A stretch of 64,000 bases of DNA. Origin: Amphiscolops sp. MND2022 (taxonomy: Eukaryota). Every line of letters begins with the position of its first letter. Position 1 is the stretch's first letter. Positions 22,502 to 34,900 of this stretch are shown here, one piece after another. The position numbers and the translations under genes are program-made. Below the pieces are notes generated by a model. That model saw only the letters and a program-made list of their open reading frames with translations. It was not told the DNA's origin and searched no databases. The stretch lies in NCBI GenBank assembly GCA_964187785.1, contig OZ076409.1:6016001-6080000 (forward strand), read 5' to 3'.

Positions 22502-23322
22502 AATAATAACTTTTTATATAACTTTTAAAATTTTATAATTGCTTGAAAAGTTTCACTTTTATAGTTTACAGTGTAAAATTTCGTAATTTAGAACTTCATA
22601 ACACAGTACGGTCACAAAGTTAACACTGATTTTATTTTCTGTTCTTGCGACGAGTTTTTTGCCAGAGAATTTTCGGCGAGGCGCTTTTCGACGAGTTTTC
22701 GTAGATTCATATACGGCGAGCGTGATACAGTAAAGCATTCCTTGTCTGTGAAACTGTGGAATATGGATGATAATTTTGGATTCCTCAGCGGTATCAGAGA
22801 ACCCAAGAAGCCAACAGATCCCCTTTGTAGGAACTGAATGATAAAGGATAGATAAACTACAAACGCGCGAGTCTCTATGATTGAAGCATTCGAAAAACTC
22901 TTTGAAGAATTGCAATAACATTCTTGTGAAAACCTAAAAAGAAATACTTTTTGCATACGAAACAACAATAGTTTTTTTACCCCGCCCAACACTCAATTAT
23001 GTCTGTGTTTTACACGTTGTGGATTTGAAGATACAACATCCAAATCAGCTTGTAAAAATTTATGACATTTATTCAATCCATTTATGACATTTTTATTCAA
23101 TTAGAACTATGAACTTGAAGTTTGTCAAAACATGATGTATGAGATCCAAGATTTCTTCGTTCTGGTTGGTTCTGATGACGGTGGATGATTCTTTGCCGTT
23201 GTGATCACTAAAAAGTAGATTTCCTGATAATTGGTTGAAAGTGACATCCGAAGAAAAACATTAGGGATCTTTTCTGCAATTCCCCCGAAAAATTCACACC
23301 CCAACCAAGTATCAGCGATAAG

Positions 23323-23759
23323 CTGGGGTGTGGAACCGTACGGGTTGAATTGAAATTACGGTTTACGGGTTATCGTCCACGGTTTACGGTTTTAGGGTAC
23401 GGTTCGAAAAACACTTTTGCTTCAGAAGTATTTAAATTTCTTCATCAAAAATCTTTGTTATGGTGTTTTCAAAGCACTCATGTTTCTTGCCCCAAAATAG
23501 CATTTGAGGGAACGCCCTCTGCAAATTATAGCGTAAAAATAAATTATTTTGAACGAATTCGTCTTTTAAAGACGTTCTTATTTGAGAATGAACAATTGAA
23601 TTCGCTCCAAAATTTTCACAAACACTGCTGTTAAATGTATAAAACAATTCGCTCGTATTTCTCAAAAGTGTACGGTTCGCTTTTTTCACAACTGCGGTTT
23701 ACGGGTTACGGTTTGGCACTACGGGTTTCGGTCCACGGTCTAAAAATCCCACACCCCAG
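23323..23759. mobile_element. hAT-type MITE
   Basis: TIR CTGGGGTGTGG/CCACACCCCAG; perfect 8-bp TSD GCGATAAG; subterminal ACGG repeats. Confidence 0.9.
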
Positions 23760-24030
23760 GCGATAAGTTTCAGTTGCAGTTAGAATTATAAAATACTGCA
23801 ATTTGATTGGTTGTTACTATTAATTAGTTCAATGATACTTTCACTTGACCGCTTAACTGGGGGGTGGTCAAATCAATCAAAGAATTAACAGACAACCAAC
23901 AAGTTTGAAGAAATGAACCAGCAGAACCGGTAATTGCGATGCAAAGAAGTATGGAAAGAAACAAAAAGTTTCAATCTTTTAGGGTTTTTTTTAGCTCAAA
24001 CCTGGGTATCAAATTGTGAAAAAAACTAAC

Positions 24031-24270
24031 CGAAATGGAACATCCCTTCTTAGAAGGACCTTGTATTCCTGAACCTGTCCTGCCCATTCTGCGCCTTGCA
24101 AATTCAAGTTCGTAATCTGCTAGAGAATTTTGTACTTCCATGACGTCATTATTACGTAACACGTGATTTTGTTGCGGTGTTGCTTCCGCGTAACTTCTAC
24201 GCAAAACAGCAAAAAGCAGTAAAAGAGACGCACAGAATATGGACTGCACTTGACGGAGAAGAAACATCAT
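24031..24270 (-). CDS. Possible first coding exon of a secreted peptide precursor
   Basis: Hydrophobic signal-like stretch IFCASLLLLFAVL, acidic spacer, RRR and KK basic sites, then GTTAGT donor at 24030; no homology recognised. Confidence 0.4.
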
Positions 24271-25729
24271 TTTACTTCTTGTTCTGATGTCAAACTCGAA
24301 AACTGACAAATATTTTCAAGGAACTTTTTCCTTTTCCCCGCACACTTTTCTAGATGATATTGTTTTAGCCATTAATTTGCTCTCACTTGAGTTTCCCATG
24401 AAACAATTCACGTAATTTCAAAAAAACATTTTTTTAATATTGAATATTCTTTTTTCTTTGAAATTAAAAAAAATGTTCAGCTGACTTCCGGTTTTATTCT
24501 GATTCGCCGCAAAAATGAATTCCGCAAAATTGTATGTTAGCGTGAACGAAAAAAATGAAGCTGTCAAATTTGTTCAGGATCCTTATCTTTCATTTTTAAA
24601 ACTCGAAATTATTTCCATTGTAATAATGAACTTCGTTTGAAATGAATCTTTACCTGGGGAAAAAGAAGACTGTTTTTTTTTCTTGAAAATGTCAATTCTA
24701 TTTCTTTGAAAGTGTCCCTCCAAAAAATCAAGGGAGCAAGGAAAAAGAGCAATTTTTACTTCTTTAATTAACAAATGTCGAGGCAAAGTTTCAGTCTTTG
24801 TTACTTTTTCAAATCTTCAGAATTGACTTTTATCAAAACCAGCAATGACAAAACTGAACGAAGTTGAAAATGGATGTCAGAAATGAAAACACGTGTTTTT
24901 ATAAACGCGAATTCCTGAAACAGTTCAAAGTTGGCAACAGATTTTGTTGAGATGATAAAAACCCCGTAACATATAATCCTAGAAAATGGATCGGGAAATT
25001 TCACTATCCTTAACTATTTTTCTAACACTTGTGTGTTTGAAGTTCCAAATGTAACATAGATATGATAGCCTGACAATTATAAAGTAATTATAACTGAAGC
25101 AAAAATTGGTAGCATATGCTATTCCGAAAAACAATGGATGTTGCTAATTTGTATCGCCATTTTGTGAAAAAGTGGAAGCATTGGATAAGACTTTGATAGT
25201 AGGGATCAAAGAACTTGACAGAAAAACGAGAACTAAATTTGGTTCTCCGGTTGAGGCTCCGAAGTCTCGGTGCTATTTAGGCGAGCGAAGCAAAGCCCAT
25301 TGGCATAAGTGAATATCCATTAAAAAACACCATATTTCTCCATCAATAAAAAATAGCTTCTTTCGTTAAAAAGGCAGTGTAAATAGAGAATAAGAATGAA
25401 ATTAAAATTATGATTACAAATTTAATCGGTATTCTTCCCTCCAACATTTAGGACTGTACTGTGGTCTATCTACATCCGAGATGCGTTTTTTGTAAAACAA
25501 TTCTTTCATTTGTTTACATAGTTTCGTGAGAATTTTCTTGGTTACTATTTCTGGTGGCAGGGAGTTCCATAAGGAAATTATTCCATTGAAAAAACTATCA
25601 TTAATTGCGTTTTAGTGAAAGAAGTGGATATCAGTTCGTTGATTCTGTTTTTCTTCTTGAAAGTCGCTGAACTAAATCAAGTATTTTGAAAGCAAGCAAA
25701 ACTTTTCCGTTTTTCCATTTCAGAAAAAA

Positions 25730-26250
25730 GGCCCCTGCGGGGCACAGTATTATTTCTGCTTTTAGGCTTTCCTCTTCAATAATAGAAGCATATCTTAATC
25801 ATTTATATAGCGCACAATTAATCACTACCAGTTTACACCGCCTTTAATTCTTCTCGGACTAAAAAAATATATCTACTAACAGTAGACAAAATTTCGCATT
25901 CGCATTTGAATGCAGGCGAAGCTCTTGGCGAACGAATAATTAACACTCGTTCGCTTCATCTCAAAAACTCGGCGTACGAAAGCATAATTCCGAACATTCG
26001 CTCGCTTCATCTCAATGAATTCGGCGTACGAATGCATAACTACCACTCGCTCGTTCCATTGCACGAGAATTGAATTGTCGTCAGCAGCTTGAGAAATTTA
26101 ATTCTCACGCTTATAGTCACTGCCGAAGAAAATGAATTTTTCAGTATCACAGCAAAAGTTCCACTGAAAAAAAGTTGAAATCTTGAGATTTCAATAATAT
26201 TCCTGCTATCGCAGAAATAATAAAAATAGACAGTTCTTTTATTGGTCACA
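25730..26250. repeat. Dispersed repeat, second copy at ~46945-47360
   Basis: Shared aatagaagcatatcttaatca...ttcgcattcgcatttgaatgcaggcgaagct block. Confidence 0.8.
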
Positions 26251-26708
26251 AAACTTCGAACAGGTACATTTTTAGTCGGCACTTCATGAAGTGAAACGCG
26301 ACTATTATAGTGACTTTTTTCAATTCACACGAACTGACCAAAATAGGTCTTAAAAGTTCTACGAAATTTTATGGTCCTAAATTGAATCATTCGGCCTAGC
26401 GAACTGAACCAAAAAGGTTTTCCCTCTTTTTCCGCGTATTATACAATACCGGGAGAGATAAAAGGGTCCTCCTTCCAGTTTTTCGGCCTTGTGAGACTTT
26501 CGGAGTTTTTCCCACCAAAGTGTCCCTTTTCAATTTTTTGATGTTTTGCAACAATGGATGTTAAAAAATGCGAAAGGATCCCCTTTTAGCGCACCAGGGG
26601 CCCGCCGGTTGGGTTGTTTGGGTTGAAGCTAGTTTGCTACTCACGACCAACTTAGATACGGGTAGAATCTTTGGATATCCTTTCAAAGCTGCTTCAGGCG
26701 GAGAAGGA

Positions 26709-27187
26709 ACAAGACGAGAACGTCTAAAGTCGGCGCTATATCTAAGGCTCAAAAAGCGCAAAACTTTTTTGGAAAAAACTTGAAATTTTTGATTTTTTTT
26801 CTTTCGAAAAAAGGCGCATAGTGCCGAAAAATGTGAAAAGGGGACCCTTTGGGATTTATTAACTTACATTTTGTGGCAAAATTTAAAAAACTCGAACGGG
26901 GACCCTTTGGGGACATTTAAAAATTTTCGAAAAAAAAGTTGCACAGTGCCGAAAAAATCCAAGGGGGGACCCTAGGCACGTCCGGTTTTGTAGGTTTTCT
27001 TGAAAAAGTAAAAAATGAAAGGGAGACCCTTTGGACTAAGTTTGCCTTGGCCGGACTTGGCCTTAGGTGGTTTCAGGACTGTTTCTAAAATGTGGACCGA
27101 TCAGTGTGAGGATTGCAGTATGAAGAAAAAAAAGGTCACTGCTATAGTCAAACATTTTTCCTTAAAAAGAAAACGCGCCGACTAAAA
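26709..27187 (-). mobile_element. Helentron/HINE-like non-autonomous element
   Basis: Reverse-strand copy: acaagacg...agtcggcgctatatctaaggctc ... gcgccgactaaaaa. Confidence 0.7.
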
Positions 27188-27461
27188 ATAAGATAGAAAT
27201 GGAATTTTTTCCGTTGATTTCTCATTTGATCCCAAAAACGAGGACACCTCAAACAAAAACATAACCCTAGTAGAATACAAGAAGGCATGAAAAGCAAACA
27301 ATGCTCTTGGAAGTTCTCGCGTCATGGCGCTACGAAAACAAATCAAGGAAAACCAAAAGAGGGCTCCTGAATAGACAAATTCTGACGCAAAAAATTGAGA
27401 TGACATGAAAAAATGTCACCGTCGTTTTTTGGTAACACAAGCCATTCCTAATTTCAAGGAC

Positions 27462-28156
27462 TTTTTTAGTCGCTGCTTTTCTAGTGAAAAAGACCCACTA
27501 TTACAGTGGCTAGTTTTTTTTTGTCAGACCACAGACATCACCCTGTATGTACTTTTTGTGCATTGAGCACGTTTACGAAAAGTACTTAGTACTTCATTTT
27601 GAACGCATCCAAAGCCTCTAACATGCTATTCAAAACCATCATAAAACAAGAGTCCGTTCCTATTTTTCGCGGCTATGGCACTTTTCATGTCTTTTTCGGC
27701 TTTGTGAGACTTTTTTTGGAAAATTTTTTTAATGTCTCCGAAGGACCCCCTCCATTTTTTTTGATATTTTGCAACAAATTGGATCTTCAAAAAACCCAAA
27801 AGTTCCCCTTTTTACAATTTTCGGTATTGTGAGATTCGTCTTAGTTTTCTCTGTACCGGCACGCTATATCCGATTCTTTTTAATACTGTCGTTTTTTGAC
27901 ACTTGCGACTTCTTTCCTATTTGTTTTTATCAATGCCTCAATTTTTTACTAGAAACGAAACGTTTTGCGGGCATAGAGGACTCCTTAGGGTCATCGGCAC
28001 TATGCGACATTTTCCGAAAGTAAAAGATCCGCATTTCGTCCGAAATTTTTGTTCCCCGTTGGGGGAAAAAGTGGTTTCCGAGTCTTATCGAGCATGAAAG
28101 TTTGTGCGTTTTTTGAGCCTTAGAAGTAGAGCCGACTTTAAACGTTCCCGTCTTGT
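27462..28156 (+). mobile_element. Helentron/HINE-like non-autonomous element
   Basis: TTTTAGTCG start; gagccttaga...gccgactttaaacgttcccgtcttgtt end. Confidence 0.65.
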
Positions 28157-28247
28157 TATAGAAGTTAACCTTTTCATTCAGCTTGCTGTCAGGAATGTTC
28201 AAGATCGATGGTCAAAAACCTCCCTTGAACCACGACTTCAGGTCTGT

Positions 28248-28485
28248 AAAGCGACAATTCGTCCCCGATTCCAAAAAAATGACAATTCGTCCCCAATTCC
28301 AAAAAGTGACAATTCGTCCCCAATTCCAAAAAGTGACAATTCGTCCCCAATTGCAAAAAGCGACAATTCGTCCCCAATTGCAAAAAGGGACAATTCGTCC
28401 CCAATTCCAAAAAGTGACAATTCGTCCCCAATTCCAAAAAGTGACAATTCGTCCCCAATTGCAAAAAAGCGACAATTCCTCCCCA
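28248..28485. repeat. 27-bp minisatellite (~8.5 copies), probably one arm of a foldback element
   Basis: Unit gacaattcgtccccaattccaaaaagt; inverted units at 28678-28726 and ~29190-29205. Confidence 0.9.
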
Positions 28486-28724
28486 GTTTAATTGCCAACT
28501 AAGACCTTTATAGTAATGAATCCGGTTGGCAAACTGGATAATCGTCTTTCACAATCTTCAGTATTTCAAGACTAGTGCGTAAAATTCAATACTCAATCAT
28601 TTCTACTTTGAAAACTATTTGTTCAATTCTTCAATTTCAAACTTCAAAAAGGTTGTTAATTAGCTGATCAATTGAACAATTTGGGACGAATTGGCGCCTT
28701 TCCAAAATGGGACGAATTGTCGCT

Positions 28725-29183
28725 TTTTAGTCGGCGCTTTTCTAGAGAAAAGAGTCGTTTGTAGTCATGGCTTTTCGTCAGTGTTTTTTAAGACCACCTG
28801 AAGTGACCAAAATAGTTCTACCAAAAGTTCTACAAAATTTCAAATTTCACATGTTGGCCCAGGGAACAGAACCAAAAAGTTTCCCGCATAACATACAATG
28901 CCGGACGAGACCAAAGGGTCCCCCTTTCAGTTTTTGGCATTGCGAGATTTTTTCGGAAAATGTTCCCCAAAGGGTCCCCCTTCATTTTTTTTGAGTTTTG
29001 CGACAGACTGGGTATAGAAAAATCCCAAAGGGTCCCCCCTTTCAATTTTTTTCGGCGTTGTGAGACTTTTTTTCAAAAAAATTTTTTAGTGCTGTAGAAG
29101 AGAATAATACGTTGAAACTTTGATGTCCTTTTGCTATTTTTGAGCCTTGGATATGGCGCCGACTTGGGCCGGTCCCGGCTTGT
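28725..29183 (+). mobile_element. Helentron/HINE-like non-autonomous element
   Basis: TTTTAGTCGGCGC ... GCGCCGACT-TGG-GCCGGTCCCGGC-TTGT. Confidence 0.75.
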
Positions 29184-30080
29184 TGATATTTGGGACAAAT
29201 CGTCGCACAACCGAAGAACTTCCAGTTCGAACACAGAGGCGAAGCCGTGCTTCGCAAACACTTGCGAACTTTTGAAGAAAACCAAATAAGCAATATCATA
29301 CGGAAAACCAAGGGTAAAAGATTAAAATTTCATCAATTTTACAGCGCCAAAAAATACCCGAAAGGATACGCGTAAGCCTCGAAAACCATTCTTCCCCAAC
29401 TGAAAACAGCAAAAAACCCATTCTTTCTCAACGGAAAACCTTAAACAGAAAACAGAAAAAAAAATTCAAAATTTTTCGAAAACATTTTTGATGGTCTCCG
29501 GTAAGTAGTCGCAAAGCCTTGAGGAGTCCTCTCGCAAAACGTTTCGTTTCTTGTAAAAATTGAGCAGGGGCTTCGGTGAAAACAAATTTTTAAAAAGTTG
29601 CATAGAAAAAAGATCGGTCTTTAAAAAAACGGTCTTTTAAAACTAAAAATTGAGAAAAAATTTTCCGAATTTTTTTGAAGTTTTTGCTAAGTCGCATAGT
29701 GCAGAAAAATGTGAAAAGGGACCCTTTAGGATTTTTATAACATTCGTTCTGTTGCAAGATACCAAAAAATTGAAAGGAGGACGCTTTGGGGACATTAAAA
29801 AATTTTTGAAAAAAATAAGGGAGTCTAAAAAATTTTTGAAAAAAAATTAGAATTTTGAACAGTCTCGTAGTGCCGAAAATTCTGAAAAAAAGGACCCTTT
29901 GGGATTTTTTAACATTCGTTCTCTTGCAAAATATCAAAAAATTGAAAGGACTCTTTGGGGACATTTGAAAAAATTTCGGAAAAAAGTCTCACAAAACCGA
30001 AAAAGTCTCACAAAGCCGAAAAGTCTCATAGTGCCGAAAAAAGTCAGAACCTTCTGCTTCGGAATACTTGTAAAAAAATT

Positions 30081-30155
30081 AGCGCATACCCACTGGTTCG
30101 AACACGAAACCTCTGGGTTGAAAAGCAAGCATCTTACCACTAGACCACGAACGCG
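30081..30155 (-). pseudogene. tRNA-derived relic (SINE head or pseudo-tRNA)
   Basis: A-box TGGTCTAGTGG and B-box GTTCGAACC at tRNA spacing; stems poorly paired. Confidence 0.55.
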
Positions 30156-30856
30156 TGAAACATGCGAGTTGCCACGTGAAATCAGAGAGTTGTCGCGCGG
30201 AAAAAAAAGCACCCGCACTTTCACATAACACTTGCTTATCGCAAGTGTAATAATCAGAAGCCAGAACTGGTAGAAGCATTTCAGTGTGATGTTTTACTTC
30301 TCAATACCAATACATGCAGCAATTGGGCTTTTTTTGCCTGCATGAAAGAAAGTATTCCCATGTACTCATTTTATGAAAACAGTTGGACAAAACCCAAACG
30401 TAAATTCTCTAAACTAATTCTATTAGTGTGATATGATGATAATAGCATCAAGTGAATTCAAGTACAAATCTTTGAGAAAATTGATAGAACTAAGCAGACT
30501 AAATTATATTCATATTCATCCAAACGAAGTATTGTAATTGTTTGGCTTTTCATGACAGACCAACTGTGTCTTTAGAGCCTCGTGCGTTTTCTTGAGCAGT
30601 TGACCTGAAACATCAGCAGATGACATTTCCGCATTAGGAGGTCATAAAAGCCGAATTCTAGATAAAAGCCGCAGTTGCATGTGAAATTCTATTATTACAC
30701 AAGATTTCAGTCATTTAAGAAACAGTACAGGCCGCGGTTCCTCGGATTACATTCCATTTGCAATCACAAAAAAAGTTCGTGAAATTTCAACATCGTTTGT
30801 TGTAGGTTCCAGCCCAGTTGAGCTGATTTTGGAAAACACATTTTGAACAGGGCTGT

Positions 30857-31157
30857 TTTTAGTAGGCGTTTTCTAGTGAAAAGTGCACGACTATTACAGT
30901 TGGTAGTTTTTTGCAGTTCACTCTGAATGGTCCACTTTTTTGTTCATTTGTTCAACTTTTTAGTCGAGATATTTTAGTTTGGATATAACGTTTCAAAGTT
31001 TGGATGTAACTTTTTCAAAGTTTAAGTTCGGATATAACGGTTTCAAAGTTCGGATATAAGTTTTCAAAGTTCGGATATAACGTTTTCATTTTCCCCGAAA
31101 TTTCACAATTTGTTGAGCCTTAGATATGGCGCCGACTTTGGCCGTTACCGGCTTGTT
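30857..31157 (+). mobile_element. Helentron/HINE-like element with internal caaagttcggatataac repeats
   Basis: Same terminal motifs as other copies. Confidence 0.65.
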
Positions 31158-31980
31158 TAAAAAACTTCAGACATCTGATAGGAGACTTCGCCCAGTCGTT
31201 ACAGAACATAACTGGAAAATCATTATGCACTAGAATGAAAGTGACAGAAATTGGAAATTGTCTACCAACATCTCTAAGACGTTCGAATCAGACTTTGCAA
31301 ACCGGATCTTTTTCATTACCGTAATATTATTTGCATGTTGACCAAATTCAAGCGAACTGACTGAAATAGTTTCGTTGAACACTGGTTTTAGCCTATTCTC
31401 GATTTTCTATCCTCGACAGTACACCGAGAAGTTTTTTTTCAAAGCTTAATTTTCAAAGCTTAACATTTTTTCAAAGCTTAATTTCTCCACGAATAATAGC
31501 CACAGCTCAAATCGGTTTCCTGTTCCTGAAAGCCCTTTACCTAAGCTTTCGAATGCACACTAGTTAAGCTTTTCAAATGCCGGTCGAACTCTTAGGGGAA
31601 GCTTCATCGAAAGAAACTTCTATATGTGTTTTCAATGGTGGCAAACTGTATTACTAGAGTGTGACAGTAACTTAGTAAACAGTTGCAGTGTTATTGAGAG
31701 AAAGCTAATTTTCTGAAAAGTGTTTTTTCGCAAAGTTCAACTTTTTTCCAGTTACTTTTTTGCCGGTGGTTCGGAAAACAAACTATATTGACACAAATAA
31801 CAACTCACACCAGATAGTCCAATATATTGTCGATAAAAAGACAAATCTTTGATTTCCTATATGCTTTTTGCGTTTCGTATTTTTTATTGATTGTGAAAAA
31901 ATCGCTGTCCATATTTGAGGACGAAATCACTGTGGAGACTATGGAATGGCAATACGGAAGTGAATAGTAGACAAATTTAA

Positions 31981-34900
31981 TCACCTGCTGAATAGATTTA
32001 GCTGCTGCATGAGTAAATCGCGTTTCTGTCTCAACTCGTCTCGCCTTTGTCGCAAGAGGGTTACTTGATGCCTCACTTCGCCCAGCTCTATGTGAGCCTT
32101 GCTTCGAACTCTCCTAGCAGCCAACTTGTTCTTGCCTGAAACGAATTCAAACTCAAGCAAATCACGCAACATGATTTTAAGTCGGCGCCAATGTATTGTC
32201 GTCATAGGTGTGACAGCGATGGCGGTAGTTAGCGACAAATTAAAGCGTTAGCGAACATTTTTATTCGGTAAAAAAATTCAAAATTAACTTATGCAATAAT
32301 TTAATGCGAATAACTTGACACATCATATTGGCTGTGACTTGGCTTTTATTTCCTTTCGAACAGTTATTCAGTGTGCTCGGCAATGTGCAGAACGCAAGGC
32401 GAACTAGATTTTGCCCAAAAAATTTTCAAAATTTGTTACAATGCTGAAATTTTGTAATAAATACCTTGAAAATCAGATTTTTTAACTAGCGATAGCGTTA
32501 GCGAACCCATTTTGTTGTAGCGATAGCGATGAAATCAAGCCATTAGCGATGTTAGCGATTAGCGATAAAATTGTTAGCGATCACACATCTGATTGTCGTC
32601 TACTGAGTTCCTCTTATAACGTGTAATCGTATTATCGAAGGTTTCGTATATCGCATAATTCGTGTACTTTGCCTCTTATATCGTATAAAGGCATGGAACA
32701 CATTTTTCGGACCATTTTTTTCATCGAAAAGTGTTAATCGCTTCAAAAAAGGTGATTGCAATAGTCACTTTCCGTATCCCGTATAGCCTATTACCATTTT
32801 AGGATGCACTTCATTTGAAATTCATCACAAAACTGTCAATTCCCAAAAAGTTTCTTGGCCCGTTACGGCAAAATCGACGCAAAAAGATGAAAAGCGATTC
32901 TCCGTATAACTGGTATAAAAATGGCGGCATCTTCGTGTAACATGTAATTCGTATAGAAAATTAGGGATTTCGTATAATTGTTCGTGTAATCGTATATCGT
33001 GTCCAATACACTGATCGGCGCTTCATGAAGTGAAATGCGCCTATCTATACTAGTGACTCTTTTTTTCTATCCACACGAACTGACAAAAATAGTTCTCAAG
33101 AGTTCTACAAAACTTTAAGGTGTCAAATTGGACCATTTGGCACGAAGAACTGAAATATAAAAAGTTGTTCCTTTTTTTCAGCGTAACACAATAACGGGCG
33201 AGACTAAAGTGTCCCTCTTTCAGTTTCTTCGGCATTGAGACATTTTTTGAATTTTTTCTCAAAAGGGTCCCCCTTCAAGTTTTTTGATGTTTTGCGACAG
33301 AATGGATGTTAAAAAAATCCGAAAGGGTCCCCCTTGTAGCGCGCGCCAATTCGGTCCAACTTTTTCGGGGACTATAAAAGAATGAATACTTGACACTTTG
33401 AAGTTCTTTTGCTATTTTTGAGTCTTAGATATGGCGCCGACTTCTGCCGTTCGCGGCTTGTTTTACTTAACGATCGTATACTTCCATTTTAGTCGTATTC
33501 CGAACCAGAGCCGCATGTGCGGCAAAGGAGTCGGAAACGGATCAGAATATTTGAAAACAAATTACGTACTTTACTGTCATTTGGTCATTTTGGGACTAAT
33601 TTACGCTATGTTTCTCACATCCCAGTCATACGATTTTGATGTCATTGCGCACGCAGGAGCGGGTGTAGAATGACTTTGCTAAATTTTATAAAAATCTTAT
33701 GCAGTTTTTGAGAAATTTGGTATGGGGAAAAAGCTACGAGTGCTTACGTGGCCGAAACTTTTTCCGACTCCTAATAAAATAAAATAGGTTCCACCCACAT
33801 CGAAAAAAACACAGATGCTGTCATTTCTTTGCAACTGTTGAAATTGTCAAGGTATTCTCATTTGTCTCGATTCCTGATCAGCGCTTTTCAAACGTAAACT
33901 TTTATACAGTTGCTGAGAACGGTATTCATGATTTTTAATATGTTTAAAAAAAACAGCTTCACCTCGTTTTCGGATTCCTCTGAGAGCCTCTACATGTTGG
34001 GGAACTTTAACTGCGGCTATGAGCTTATTGAAGTCTTCTAAGGACGCATGAGTAATTTGTTCACTGGTCCACTGAACCCCTATTTCAAGCAAAAGGTCCT
34101 CGTCTCTGTAAGCGTTGCTTCCGGTCGATGATGTTGCAAACGAAGCGCCACCCAGGGTACTGCTTCCAGGCATCTCAGGGACATTGTCGCTACTTGTCTC
34201 ATCAAACGTCATCAAAGTCGGAGATATGCCCGCATCTCCACACGAAGAGTCATAACTGTCTTCATTGGAAAAAGCTGCTGTTTCTTCCACGAAACCAAGG
34301 TTGTTAATTATACTTTTTTTCACGAAAAATCAACACTTTTTTAACGAAATATGCTGCTTTTTTATTTTATTCCTTCATCTTGGGAAAACTGCCGTCGAAA
34401 ACAATGTGTTATGCACAACGGTTTTTCATCTATTGCCGAATACTTCGTTGTACAACAGTGTAACAAATGATTATAAAGCATGCCAGTCATTCACTTCATT
34501 GAATTTTTCCAGGTATCATTTTTCACACGGGGCGTTCTGATTTGTGAAGAAAAAGTATCGAACAAATTGAACAGTCAGAAACTAGACCATAAACAACTGT
34601 AAAGAAGTGTCTGAAAAAGTTTTTTTTTAAAGGTTTTATTCATGTTTTTTTCTGGTTTTATTCATGAATAAAACACGTTAACAACCTTGCACGTAACTAT
34701 GGCTTATCAGAGGAGAGCCAAATACTTCAGGCACTGATACGAGGGAATGTTCAGCTCTTTCAGCATTGAATTCAGTCGCACTAGTCGACAAAAGGTCATT
34801 TGTACTGATGCTCGATTGTGGGTCTAGAACCACTTCTTGCTCTCTGGCGCGATTCAAATTTGTTGGGTACGGACAATATTGTTGCACATTCTCGATATTT

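Noticed and set aside
22559..22992. Two overlapping ~120-aa ORFs as a gene
   Set aside because: No recognisable motif and no convincing splice connection
28248..28485. Regular repeat array resembling CRISPR, with repetitive ORFs in several frames
   Set aside because: Head-to-tail 27-bp units with no unique spacers, no cas genes, eukaryotic context; the ORFs are a by-product of the repeat
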